Shown: positions 13,266 through 26,955 of the stretch, in pieces | Layout: each line of letters begins with the position of its first letter | How positions within the stretch are numbered: the first letter of the stretch is position 1 | Assembly: GCF_009914755.1 (NCBI RefSeq) | Contig: NC_060933.1 | Source of the DNA: the human T2T-CHM13v2.0 reference genome, Homo sapiens | Direction: 5' to 3' (one strand) | Length of the DNA: 64,000 nt | Position numbers and translations under genes: made by a program | Notes under the pieces: generated by a model | Told to the model about the DNA's origin: nothing | The model's database searches: none | The model's input: the letters and a program-made list of their open reading frames with translations, nothing else

Positions 13266-14977
13266 TCAGGATTGCCACATTCTTTAGTATAAGAAAATGG
13301 ATTGTTAGAACTTCCCTGTGGATTTGGGACTAAAAGTTTACAGACTCAATTACCTCGCTAAAAAACTTGCTTAAACTCCTGAGGTTTGCCGCAGTGCCCT
13401 TTCCTTATGAGATGGAGAGTTTCAGCTTTGACTCATTTAGCTGGGGTATAACCAACTCTATGTGGCTGTCACTCTTGAAGATTCTTGATACGTCCTGAGG
13501 GCATCAGATTACCGTGTGTCCAGACTGTTTTGCAGGACCCGAAGGAAAATTTTCTTAATGAAGGTAACCATTTTGGAGGCCTCTGCAGCCAGACCTGTTT
13601 CAAACCAATGTCCAAGACTGCAAAATGCCAAATGTCAGACTGACGTTGCATTGTGCTAAGACCTAGCTAAACTCTTTGATTCAAAAGGATGAGTTTAAAA
13701 GAAAGAAATAAACCAAGGGAAACTGCCATTTCCTCAAATCTAATTGAAGGTTGAGAGGGATCAAGGGAAATTTCAATAGGTTGGAAGCTAGCCCCCAGGA
13801 AAACCAATGAAAAGGGCTTGGAAGAAAGAAAGGAAGCCTTGCTGATTAGCTTCCCCTGTGGAGAACGTCTCTGCCACTTGGCTTCCTTTGATGAGATTAC
13901 AGACTTCTGAAACTGGTTCCCACCAGGAAGGTAGACATGTTGAAAGAACATCCTTCTAAGTAGGCAGGGAACACATTCTTTGTCCTTGGGAAAGTACACT
14001 ATTTTGCTCTCTGGAATGACTTGATCATGGTTTCAGCCCTGAGACCAGAGCTATGCTGCAGGAGATTCTGAGCCAATCTAGTCTAAGATGAAGTTTAGGT
14101 TTATCTGGGGAAGTTGTAATAATTTCAGATAGTCAAAATTATTGCATTCTTATCTTCATAAAATTCTTCAACATGATAAAGAGACTTTAATGATTTTCTT
14201 ACATTGTTTGTTCTTGAGATTGCTCCAATTGTATTTTGTCATGGTTCTCCCCTCCTCACTTGCCCACCCTTAATTGGGTGAAAGATCCAAGCTCACTTTA
14301 TATTGATTTGGATACCATAACCTAAGTAATAATTTCTGCCACCTCTTTTTTTCATATGCCCTCAACTCTAACAGCATTCATATATACCAATTCATGCTTT
14401 CATGATTGAAGATACTTAGAGTTGAAGACTTTAGTAGTCAACTTTCCAACCTAAGGAGAAAGCTCCATTCCTGACTGACAATCATTTAAATCTTACTTAA
14501 AACCCTCATCATCAGGGGACATTCTTGGGTGACCTTAAACCTTTTTTGGTACATTCTGTCTTTTATTCACCATCCTCTACTTATGCCCTGTCCTCATTTC
14601 TCCACTTATCCCAACCTTAAACATTGTCCAAGATCCAGTTTAAATTCTACCGTTTTCTTAAACTAAAGGCAATCATGTAAGCCTATAAATTCAGACACTT
14701 ACACAATCTTAATCAGTTAAAACCAGAAGTAAATGTAGAGATCTTTTAGTATAGTCTCCTCATTTTATAGATGTGGGAACTGAAGATAAAGGAGATCTCA
14801 GATAAGAAAGCAGGTTATACCCTACATTTTGACATCCTCTCTAATGCAGTCTTGAACAATATATTTGTTTAATACTGCAAATATGTCTGATTATCACAGT
14901 TGTAAGCTCTGGAAGGCAAGGATTGTGATTTCTGTGTCTGTATTTTGCATGGTGGTTTATATATACAAGGTTGTTCT

Positions 14978-15216
14978 AACTAAGTTCTGCCCATTAGAAC
15001 TTTCTATGGTGGAGTAAATTTTTTACATTCTGAGCTGTCTAGGATGTTAATCACTAGCCAAATACAGCTGTTGAGCATTTGAAATGTGGTTAGTGTAACT
15101 GAGGAGTTGGATTTTTAAAGTTGTTTCATTTTATTTCCCTTACCTTAACTACCGTTAAATTATTTAAATTTAAATAGCCATATATTGCTAGTGATTAGTA
15201 TATTGAATGGTGCAGC
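14978..15216. mobile_element. MER3 hAT-Charlie MITE
   Basis: ctgcccattagaactttctatggtgg...cactagccaaatacagctgttgagcatttgaaatgtgg...aaatttaaatagccatatattgctagtg. Confidence 0.8.
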
Positions 15217-15644
15217 TCTCACTCATTTCGTGATTCACATCAAACTGATAAAAATTTGAGTACATTTGTTGATTTTTAAAATATTTTTTGACTTAGTATA
15301 ATAGAAGTCTACAGATGAAAGGGGCAAAGTCTCATCACCTTAATTAATAATGAGAGCACTGGTTCAAGGTCACATGGTTAATTAGGGACAAAACTGGCAC
15401 CAGGGCCCAGGCCTGGCTATAGTTAAGTTATATTTTTGTTTGTCATAATGCTTCAGGGAAAGTGGGAGGATGAATCAGGTAGTAAGTGGAAAGGAAAACC
15501 AAGCAAAAACCATATATACATACTTTTATGTACATACACACATATGTATATTCTCATTTCTACAATTCTCATTCATTCTCTCTGTCTCTCCATATATATA
15601 TATATATATGAGAATTGTAGAAATTGTACAGAAGGAAGAAGAAA

Positions 15645-16150
15645 AGAAACATGGAATCATCCTAAATGCCTATCAGTGGTAGACTGGATAAAGAAAATGT
15701 GGTACCTATACAACATAGAATACTATGCAACCATAAAAAAGATGAGATAATGTCCTTCGCAGCTGGGGGACATTATCCTAAGCAAACAAACTGAGAAACA
15801 GAAAACCAAATACTACACGTTCTCACTTATAAGTTAAAGCTAAACTATGAGAATGTATGGACACAAAGAAGAAAACAACAGACACCAGGGCCTACTTGAG
15901 GGTTGAGGGTGAGAGGAGGGTGAGAATCAGGAAAAAATCTGTCAGGTATTACGGTTATTACCTGGGTTATGAAATAATCTGTATACCAAACCCCTCTGAT
16001 ATGCAGTTTACCTAAATCCCTGCACATGTACTTCTGAAACTAAAATATAATAATAAACATGCACATGTAACCCTGAAACTAAAATAAATAAACCTGCACA
16101 TGTACCCCTGAAACTAAAAGAAAAGTTAAAAAAACTTTAAAAAGAGAAAG
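15645..16150 (+). mobile_element. 5'-truncated old L1PA 3' end (L1PA13-16-like)
   Basis: gactggataaagaaaatgtggtac, ttctcacttataag, gagggtgagaggagggtgagaatcagg, cctgcacatgtacccctgaaactaaaa plus A tail. Confidence 0.9.
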
Positions 16151-17689
16151 AAATCCATGCAAAAATAGAGAAATTTGTCAATACCAGAGAATGAAGATGA
16201 AGAAAGGAAAAAAAAAAAAACAACAAACTTCTGCTTTCATCCATGAGCCTGTGTGTAAATGAAGAATTCCCTTTTAGAGACAAAACAATTTACTGTAATA
16301 AATCAGGGACTATTGCATAGGTGCGGTCAGGATTACACAATGAAGAGAGCTTTGTAGGTACTGAACCATGACAAAGTCTTCATACTAATGAATTACATTC
16401 CTCAAAAACCTTTGTCAAATCAGTCAAAGAACTCTCTCCGAATGAGCATGGAATGTTAACATCTGGTTCACCAAATAGAGATAACAGTTTCATCCAGCCC
16501 AAAGCCTTAGTTAGTCAAGCCTTTATCCCTCCCTGTTGTCTGCTGATCCCACTTTATCCTTCCTTTTGCTTTGCAGCTGCTCAGTGAAGGAGAGACTTCG
16601 TTGAAGAGTATTGAATTTGGTGATGTGTAAGAGACCTGGGAAGTAGAGTGCCAATGGAAGTGAATGGTTTGGAAGACTAAAAAGGGCTCTAGATGCTCCT
16701 TTTCTATACAGCGTCCTGATAATCTTAACAGATTCACCAACCTCCCAAGAGAAATAATTCCTGTAGAGTCTATAGCATATCATTAAATAAGAGAAACAAC
16801 TAGTTTTCAAAAGTTCAATGGTGTTCAAAACAGGATGCTGCTTTGTTTGTTTGTTTCATAGTATTTTGTATTTCATAGAAAGAAGGAAAAACTAAACTAA
16901 AATCTGTAATATCATTATTGATAATACACATATTGTCTCTTTGTATATTTTTCCAAGTTGTCTAGTAAGTAAAATGACACTGGGATTTTCCCAAAGTGTG
17001 TGGATATTTATTTTCTTACTAATTTAATGGATTTTTCAGTTAAATCATAGGCACAGCAAGCTTTTCTTTTCCATATTAAATGCTACTTTATCTGTTGACA
17101 TGGCACCATTCTCAAAGTCATAGGCACAGGTGAGGATTTATTCATTTAGGATTGTAAGGTGAGGGGCCAATTATCAGTCCCTTCCAAATCTCATCATCTC
17201 TGTCTTCCTCCTACTCACCTTCTTCTTCTGGGATCCCCTATTTCGTATGAATACTACCACCCATGCTGACAACTGTTTTCTATGTCTGTGAGGTATTCTG
17301 GCTGTGTCCTACCATTAGATGATTGCTTCATCAGGCAGGTTCTCTTTCCACAGTGTCTCCTATGTCCCTCTCCTTTCTCTTTCACTGCTACCCTCAACCA
17401 GACTGTTGTTAGTTTTCTCTTTCCTGTTACCGGCACAAGTCTTAATTCTGGAGATCAGGACTAATTGTATTATTCTATAGCTCACAAACTTTCCATGGTG
17501 TGAGGTAACTATAAGGAAGGAAAGGAGAAAAAGGACAGGAAAAGAAGGTAAAGAAAGAAGGAGAAGAGTAGGAGGAGAAGGAAGAGCTGGAATGGAAGAG
17601 AATAGAAGGCTAAGAAATTTTGCTATCTACAAGAATTGAACATAAAGTATTGACGGCAATTCAAATCAACGCATAAATTATATTTCATG

Positions 17690-18135
17690 TAATAGTTTTG
17701 AATACAATGCTGGAAAATATTTAAGTTGAATTTTTACTTTCCAACAAATACCAAAATAACTTTCAGATTAATTCAAATGTTAAATGTAAAAAAGTTCTTA
17801 AAAATACTTGAGAAATGTCTGAAATAATTATGTAATATCAAAATGAAAAAGGTTTAAGTGAAAATAATAAAGGAAAGGAATAAAGGATAATGTAAAAGAT
17901 TAAACATAACATAAATATTAAAAATAAAATACAAAACCTGTGATCAAAATTCAAAAGCAAAGAGCCATCTAGGAAAAAATATTTCCAAGGTAAATGGTAT
18001 ACAAAGTGAGAGTGTCGTTAAAATATAAAAATCTCTTACAAATCAGCAGAGAAAGGAGCAGCCCAATAGAAAACTTGACACAGATTATGGAAAGGGAATT
18101 CGTAAAGAATGACCCATAACATGAAAAGAAAGTCA
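17690..18135 (+). mobile_element. Old L1M (L1ME-like) ORF2 fragment
   Basis: A-rich, with accaaaataactttcagattaattcaaatgttaaatgtaaaa and aaaaatctcttacaaatcagcag...cccaatagaaaa. Confidence 0.6.
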
Positions 18136-18287
18136 CAGATCTATTGCATTTTTTTCTCTATGTGTTCTTCACTGTTTTCTGCTTGTAAAATAGATCCTCC
18201 TTTCAAGGTTACATTTTTTTCTAGTTTATATTTTGTTTTGCCTTTAATATTCTAATTCACTTAGCATTTATTTAAATGTATGCTTCA

Positions 18288-18391
18288 CTGAGGCAGGAGA
18301 ATGGCGTGAACCCAGGAGGTGGAGCTTGCAGTGAGCTGAGATGGTGCCACTGCACTCCAGCCTGGGCAACTGAGCGAGACTCTGTCTCAAA

Positions 18392-18420
<29 letters not shown>
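18288..18420 (+). mobile_element. 5'-truncated AluY (right-arm 3' part) with (TAAA)n tail
   Basis: ctgaggcaggagaatggcgtgaacccaggaggtggagcttgcagtgag. Perfect 15-bp TSD taaatgtatgcttca at 18273-18287 and 18420-18434. Confidence 0.95.
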
Positions 18421-18422
<2 letters not shown>

Positions 18423-18472
18423 ATGTATGCTTCAATATTAGAGTCCATTCAATGGTAGTCTTTTTCCTCCTT

Positions 18473-18560
18473 CCTAGATTGTAAACTCCTGAGGGCAGGA
18501 ACAATGTGCTCCTTGTTTTCTTAGACTCTGCAGCATGTAGCAAGTGTGTAAGATACAATC
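18473..18560 (+). mobile_element. L2 3'-end relic
   Basis: ctagattgtaaactcctgagggcaggaacaatgtgctccttgtt. Confidence 0.6.
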
Positions 18561-20911
18561 CTCAGGTTAAGAGAGGTAAAGAGAGATAATCAGAGAAGTT
18601 TTGAGAGGAGTTATCTTTTGAGTTTAACCTGGTAAGTCTAAAGTATTTGCAAGATTCTCTTTTTCTTTTTTTTCCTTTGTTTTTATCTCTTTTGGCTTGA
18701 ACATGGCTTAGAGGCAAAGTAACATGACGTAGGAGAAGAATTCTGAAGACAAATGAAGATTTACATCCTGACAATATCAATCACTTATGTCGCTCTAAGT
18801 CTGTATTCCTCATCTATAAAATAGATATGAGTACTTACGAGGTTGCTGGTAAGATAAAAATCCATGCTTGTAAAGTGATCAGCATATTGATTCCATTTCC
18901 TTATTACTACTTAATTCTGCTCTTGTTGAGGGATACTTCGCGCCCTTGGCCCCTTCTTTAGTGAAGTAGAAATGTGGCAATATCTGTGAAAATGTCTTGC
19001 AGTTGGGATGCTTTTTAATATCATAAAGTACTATTAATTTAAATTTTGGATATTTGTTTAAGTGTAAATTACTTTCAGTTTTCCTTAATGACAAATTGAA
19101 TGGAAATAATGTTTGAGTGTAATGATTCAGCATAAGTCCATAGAGGTAAGAAAACAGAGAAAAGTTAATATGGCACATAGCTGATATTTGAAAAATACTT
19201 CCTTTTTGATTCTTTTCTTTCATCTTAGAATAGACCATCAGCCTGATTCATAATAATACCTTTTGATATTTAGATATTTGACATGAATATGATTTCCTAA
19301 GCGCCCAACCAACTACCAGTGAGTGACTTAGACTCCAGGGAGAATAGATCCCACTTTAAAAAATGCATTCAACTTGATCTTCATGTTTACCAAAGGATTT
19401 TTGGATTCATGCATGTCTTATGGCACATGGTTTAAATCTCCATGCATATTCAGTTAATCATCTCAGTTTGTCTTACAGGCACATAGCCACCATTTTGCCA
19501 CGGTGAAGACTGAAAACATTGTGTGCTAATTTCTTTGTTTTAGGGGAGGTTATCATAGTTGTTATCAGGCCTGCTTTGTAAATTTTGTGAGCTGTAAAAT
19601 GAAGTACTGTATATTCCTGGGAAGTTTTTTCCCACTGAGAATATTTAAGTTAAATGTTTTTTTAATTGTCTGGGAGGGCAGATGCTGGCAATAAAAGAAA
19701 CAATTTGAAATTTTAAAAATAAGCAGCACATTTATAGCAACTATATGGGAATATTATTAGTGATTAAATATAGTAGTACAGAATAATATATCTAGGGTAA
19801 AAAAATACTAATAATTGTAACCCAGCAATTTTTTTAGTTCTTTTTGTTTTCTAATAAAAAATGCTGTATTTTAGGATGAATAAGGCACTATATATCACAT
19901 TTGCGTCAGTCTGTTTAGTGCATAGTGGAGTGCTTACATTGCTAATTTGTCACTAAAATTGTTAGTTAAGGAATCTGATTCCAGTCTCTTTTATATTCTC
20001 TTTAGATGTGGCCTTGAATGAAAAGAGGCAATACCCCTTTTCTTCAATAATAAAACATTCTCCACAAATTATTTTCTCTTCTTTCCTAGGCTGTGGAGAT
20101 AGGGGTTTTCTATTTCCTTTACCTATATGTTCTGGTCATAACTTTATCTGTCTAGGAAGAATTTAGTGATTAGCTGAACTTTCTTAACCTCTGATTTTGT
20201 TTTCTGTTTAGGGAAAAAATATAATGTTTGTGAGTCAACTATGTCCATTTATGTACTTTATAGAAATCTCATTTAATTACTTAAATGGTATGGGTTTGAT
20301 TGTCGTCATTTTAGAGCTTAGAAAAAAGGAGGCTCAGAAAGTTTTGATAAATTTTTCTATATTCTTATTTTATGAGTGAGTTGAAATTATAACCTGGGTC
20401 TGCCTAGCTATAAACATTAATTCTTTCCAATCTGGTAGGATATTGGAGTTTTACATTGATTTGCTAGAGTTCTTACATGACTATTTTTATGATTAAAAGA
20501 TTATGTAAGGATAATGATTCATTCTTCTTTTATATCCCAAAATACGGACTAGAGGTGGAAGAGCAGGCTTTTGATGGGAGAGATGAAGAGCTTGGTTTTT
20601 AACAAGCTTTTCAAGTGTCTGTCATACAACCAGGTGAAATCGAATATCTGGAACCTAATTGCCAGAAAGAGTGACTAGGACTGGAGATAGAAGTTTGGGA
20701 ACACGTAACAATAGTTGCAAATTTTGGCCTTCTTTGGCCTGTTTTCCCCATTCTCAGAGTGATTGTTGGGGTTATGGAACTAAGAAAGGACAAATTTGAC
20801 ATGTGGGAGGTTCTTCTCTAAAGAAGACTGATGTAGCTACGACATAGAAGATGCCATGCCATTAGGAGATGTGGGTAGAAGTCAGCCTGTGTTCCTCAAG
20901 ATTATCTAAAC

Positions 20912-21071
20912 CAGAAATTCTCAAGCTTTGGTGTGTGTCAGAATCACCTGGAGAGTTAATAGAGAATAGAGGCCCAGTAGGGTAAAATCTGGACCTCTGT
21001 GGGTTTTTTTGTTTTTTTTTAACCAAGCTCTGGAAAAAATTCTGACAGATCCTCAAATTTGAGAAACACTA
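20912..21071. mobile_element. MER5-type hAT MITE
   Basis: cagaaattctcaagctttggtgtgtgtcagaatcacctggagag...aaatttgagaaacacta, with TIR-like ends. Partial 8-bp TSD atctaaac / ggctaaac. Confidence 0.75.
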
Positions 21072-22939
21072 GGCTAAACCATATTTTATTTGAGAAACAC
21101 TAGGCTAAACCATATTTTAACCATATCACTACATAGCTAAGTAGTAACTATAGTAATAATTATATGTCCTTTTATATAACTTGGGAGAATCTGTTGCTAA
21201 TTCAAAACTCGAATTAAAATTTCTTTTATGTTTTTTATGATTACTTAGGCTGACAAATACATGCACACAATGAAATCTTTCTAAAATGATTCTACCTTGA
21301 ATCTTCTAGAGAGGGTGAGGATGAGCACGTCCAGGACATCTAAGAAATTCTCCTTCTCAAACTTGGCTTTTCCTGTGGGAAACAGAGTGAGGAAAAGAAA
21401 ATGAGTCCCAATCCTCCCTGGAGGCAATGCTTACACATATTTTGGAATCAGAGGATCTGCGGCCAATTTCACCTGTGGGCAGGGAGAACACACCTGTTAG
21501 CTACATGTTTTTTGAAACAGGCTGTACTTGGCCAGATTACAAAAAACACTGTTGTTATGCCATCAAAAAAAGAAGCTGACTTACATGTGAATAATACTTA
21601 TTAAAGGGGATTTTAAGAAGCTGGACACTTGAGAAAAGCAAGCAACTGTGAAAAGAATACCTGCTTACCTTTGTACAAGCCAACAATTACCCCCCCAAAT
21701 TGGGTTAGGATTAGATAAGGCAATCAGTTGTAATAGAGTTGATATCTGCGAAGGGGAAGTTTGAGTCATTCAGAGATAAACCTCTTATTATGGTTTCTTT
21801 TCCTTGATCATCTTTATCCTTCTACCCCACGCCTACCTTTATGCATAGTGGTCATTGGTGGGGTGAGGAAGGAATGACTTTGGAAGTGCTCCTTAACCAG
21901 GCTTTTGTGTGCATTGTCCGAGGCTCACAGCTTTCTTATCAGCAGGCTTTCCTGCCCTGTCATTAGGCCTGGTGGCAAAAGAGGCTCTTTCTCATGAACT
22001 GACCCATGCTGCGAGCAGGTCACCTCAGATGGAGGCTTGCTGCTTTATTCAGAGGCTTCTGAGATTCCCAGATGTTGTGGCAAGATGCAAATATGGAGAA
22101 AGGCTTTCACTGCTCCTCCGTTCAAAATGGGATTCTATTTGGTGACCGAATGCAGTTTCATAGGGGCATGGTTGAGTCTTACCTTCCACAATTGGAATTG
22201 TAAAAAGAGTCTCTTTGTGAGAGCAATAGTTAATTCTCTGTGAATGTTACTACAGTTTAGGGAGAATAAGTATTTTTCCCTCTCCTTTATATTTCCCCTT
22301 CACTTATGCTTAAAAACAGGTAATTGGAGCAGGGCTTCAAAGTGTAATCTTGCCCAAAGGCTAAGCTTGCCACCTAATGACACACGGTTGTTCTTTATTG
22401 AGGCAGTCTTGCACTCATTATCTCTAAATTAGTTCCCCTTTCTCCTTTGGTTTATTATTCATCCACCTCCTCCTTTTTCATTTGGATTTTTCCAAGTGAA
22501 CCATGACAAAGTGTGTCTTTGTGAGGTGTGTGTCTGTGCAACAGTGCATCTGTGTGAGTGAGTGTGCTCCCTACCCGTGCCCCTCCTTTACATTAAGTGT
22601 TTATTTAAGCCAAGGCTCTGGAAAATTGACAAAAATATTTGGCATTGATTGCCTCATAATGATCCCACATCAATCCAAGGAGGAATCTAGCTGAAAAGTA
22701 GAAGGAGCTGAGATTTAGTTGCAGGCTTTCCCTTGTCAAGGCCAGATGTAAGCAGCTCAAACTCAGAGAAAAGATGGGAAACTAGTTTTTGAGTGAAAAC
22801 TGTGAGAGTGTTCATGTAAAATTATAATTAAAACTTTAGCATCCTGTTCTACCAAAAGTTTTATGTACCACTCATGTGATATTATATCCAGTTGGACTTA
22901 AAAAATGAGGTAAAAAGAAAATACTGAAGTAGCTTTCTT

Positions 22940-23120
22940 TGTTCAGATCTGGGTTAGAATCCCTACTTTAACCCTGGTAACCTACTATTGCTTAGCCCTT
23001 CTGAGCTTTGGTTTCTTCATCTTAAATAGAAATAATATCAACCTTACAGGTTTGTGGTAAGGATGAAAAGACATATTAAAAGTGCTTAATGCAGTGCCCA
23101 TTACAATTTAGATAAATTAT
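22940..23120 (+). mobile_element. MIR relic
   Basis: agatctgggttagaatccc...ctgagctttggtttcttcatcttaaatagaaataatatcaaccttacaggtttgtggtaaggatgaaa. Confidence 0.65.
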
Positions 23121-23334
23121 ATTTTAAAATGGCCACAGTTCTTAATTCCCTTATAATAAACTAAATCAAAGCTTGGAAGGTTTTGACTTCATAGCTCGAA
23201 AATATGAGTTCAGATCTCTTCTCTCTCTGGGACCATTTCTTTCTTTAGCTTGAAAGGGGACCTGGCATTTTCGCTACATACCTAGCCCTCTGCTGGGCGG
23301 AGTTTATATTTGTACACACTCTGCAAAGGCATAA

Positions 23335-23430
23335 TATTATTCCCATCTTGAAGATGAGAAAATGGAGGCTCAGAGAGGTTAAGTAAGTTGCTCAAGGTTT
23401 CAAAGGAAGTGATGAAGCAGGTATACAAAT
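23335..23430 (-). mobile_element. MIR core relic
   Basis: attcccatcttgaagatgagaaaatggaggctcagagaggttaagtaagttgctcaaggt. Confidence 0.75.
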
Positions 23431-25765
23431 AACGGTTTGTCAAGTCTCAAAAGCGTATAATACAACTGAGAATTATGGTATATCTTATTCACCTAAGTCT
23501 GCTTTGAGATAGTTATATCCTCAGAAATTGTGCAACAAAATCTTCTGATTCAGAAGGTTAGTAGACTTATTAGTACAAGAGAAGAGTTACCAACTTTGCC
23601 TGACTGATTAATTCCTAGGGTGAATATGTGATGTATATATTAAATATACCAGACTTAGTCTTGATATTATTGGATAGATTCAAGTACTTCCTCTTTACCA
23701 AGATGATTTTCTCTAGACACCTCTATCACAGTGTAATCTTTTTTAATACTTGTGCAAACTCAGCAATGGCTAATGGTTATTTCTGTGATGCAGATGAGAT
23801 CTACCTCTCATATACCACATTTTATTTTCTCTTCTTTATCCTATCTTTGCATTCCAAAGGTAATCATTTATTCTTGCCTTCACCATATTCCAGCTCAAAT
23901 CTCCTTTCTCTTCATTCACCCATGGGTGCCTTGGTGTTCTTCTGCCTCTGTAGGACTGATAGCCCTGTGTTGCTGGTTATGCTCTATTACTTTTTGACAT
24001 TATCCTCTTCCTTATCCTTCAAAAGCACTTCTTCCTCCTCTACCTTTTATCTTTCTTCCATGAAACCAGAGTTAGCTGGGAGAGAATACAATAGAGTATC
24101 TGGGTATAGGGGTATACATAAAGGTTCTACTTCTAGCTGGGTGGCCTTGGTAAGTAATTTAACATCTCCATGCCTCATTTTCCTCATCAATAAAAAAAAA
24201 AATCCACTTGTAACTTTCGATGATTATTTCTTTACCATAGCTCAAAAGGCCATAGATGCAGTTTTTGTGCCATGACCCCCATTGGAAGTACAGTCTCTTA
24301 TTCAAGGAGAGAGTTGGTAGCAATAATAATATGTATATATGGCATTTTCTATTCATAAGATTAGTGTGCAGACATCATTATCACTTGTTCCTTCGAACAC
24401 CGTGACTTGGGCCAGGTCACCTAGCTAGTCAGTAGCAGGGTCAGGACCTGAATATGATCCTCCCCATTTCTCCATTCTGAATCTTGCATTCTTTGCTCTA
24501 CACCTCAGTAGAGTAAGGTAAACTGGCTGAGGCATGGAGAGAGAAAGATCAAAAAGTTTTTTGTATTGTGTCTCTATGTGAACTGTGCTGGGGGAATGAA
24601 TTGGTAGTTTGGGACTGAGAGTAGAAAATTTAACAATAGAAATGATAGTATTAATTTTTCAAAAAGAGAAAAAAATTTCCTAATTAATTATTGTTTCAGG
24701 CCTTACCGTTTTCCCTAAACATCCGTAGGACAACATCAGAGAAAGACAGTGTGCTGGGAGTGAAACAGAAAACTTAATTTCAACTTGAAATTTCTAAATT
24801 TTACTGTTAAAGAACTTAACACTAAAAAATGCAGTGCAAGCAACCACAGCAGCTTAGGGAATTTTCTATGTTTTCCGAATGGTATTTCCCCTAAAATGAA
24901 AACATTCCTTATTTAAAAATCCATTCTAGGGTTTGTTCAAAGATTAACTTATATAGTCCCTTGAGATACAGGGCTAGGGACTTACTATTTTTTTTTTCAT
25001 GTCAAGATTAATAACTTCTTCTCAGATTGACCCTGTCCTGCCCATGTGAGATAACTCAAGTTTAAATCTGTCTATTGTGTGCTCGGTAGCTTCTTTTGGC
25101 CATAAAAGAGTTTGTTCTCCATTAAAAGAACAGTTACATATTCCAGGTTGTTTGTGAAAGAATAAAATATATCTGTCTTTGTTCAAGAGTGATTTGTTAG
25201 TTGTGAGTGTGAAAGGGGAACCGGGAAGTGTTGGGTGGTTTCACCACATATTACAGAAGTCTAGTGTAACGCATTTGGCTGAGCCCTTTCTCATTTAAGG
25301 CTTAAACCAATATTTATTTTTGAAAGGAAATTCAACCCATATGTATCTGCCTCAGTGGACTTGTTGGCTCTTCTTGCTAGGAATCAGGAAATTACTTTTG
25401 CTAACATTACAAAAGGCCTAAAGAGCAAGTGAATTTTAATCTTGGCAAATGTAGCTTCCACTCTGAAAGGAGGAACATAGGTTCCAGGTAACAACAAAAG
25501 AAAGACAAACATTACTGGTGACTTCCAAGATAAGAAGGGCAGAGAAGACTGTGCACATTCTAAGAATTACTGATTGTTTCAGTTTGTCCCAAAGCCAATG
25601 TAATTTGTTCTTTAATGCAGATTCTCACATGTGTAGTTGATAGTACAAATTGTTCAAGCAAGTCCAGCTATACATGCTAAAATCTTAGTGTAAAAAGAAA
25701 AATAATAATATAACATATTTGATTTTGTGCCTTTCAAAGTAAAAATTATGAATGCATGCTGTTTA

Positions 25766-26196
<431 letters not shown>

Positions 26197-26770
26197 TTAT
26201 ATTATCTTGAAATACAAAACTACCTTACACTATCTTCTAAATTGATTAATTCAAGAAAAATATGTCTTCACAGAGCATATGCACTGCTATTTCTAATTTA
26301 CTATAAATATTTGATGCTTGGAACTATTCTAATTTTCTGTCTTTAGCTAATTTAGCCAAAGATTTATCTGTGGAAAACTGCTCTCTTTAGATTGACTGTC
26401 CTTGGCCTAAATACAGGTTCCCAGGAGTGGTGGGAATATTGAAAACCAAGCTATTCAGACCCAGAGCTGGGTTGATAACTTGGTGCAGAGAGATAGGTAC
26501 AAAATGTGGTGACTTTCTGGAGGTGACTTATGACAGTTAAAGGAGGAGTCCTGGACAAGATGAAGTTAGGATGCAAGTTGTTTAGTATCATGAGAACTTG
26601 AGCATAGAGTAAGTAGGTCTTCTTTCTGGTTGGAGCTTAGACATGGTCCGAAAGCCCACTTTCCCTTGTAAGAAGTCTGCAGGATGGTTTCCTCCTTCCA
26701 GGTCCTAGAAGCATCCAAGCAAAAGTCACATTGTAATAACTCTTTATTTGGCCACAGATACTTCCCTAAG

Positions 26771-26955
26771 TAGTGGTTCTCAAAGTGTGGTTTCCCAGCC
26801 AGCACCATCAGCATTACCTAAAGGGTTGTTAAAAATGCACATTTTCAGATTTCATCCAAGAAATAATCATAAACTCTGGGAGTGGGGATCAACAACCCAT
26901 GTTTTAACAAGCCATCCAAGTAATTCCAGTGCGTGCTGGAATTTGACAATCATTG
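26771..26955. mobile_element. MER5A hAT MITE
   Basis: tagtggttctcaaagtgtggtttcccagccagcaccatcagcattacc...ttttaacaagccatccaagtaattc. Confidence 0.85.

Noticed and set aside
16015-16125. Spaced direct repeats resembling a CRISPR-like array
   Set aside because: Eukaryotic DNA. The repeats are copies of the L1 3' terminus with short AT spacers, and there are no cas genes.
23628-24275. Longest ORF in the track (215 aa, +)
   Set aside because: GTG start, F/L/S-rich composition expected from T-rich DNA, 3' part overlaps MIR-like sequence, no recognisable domain or splice structure.
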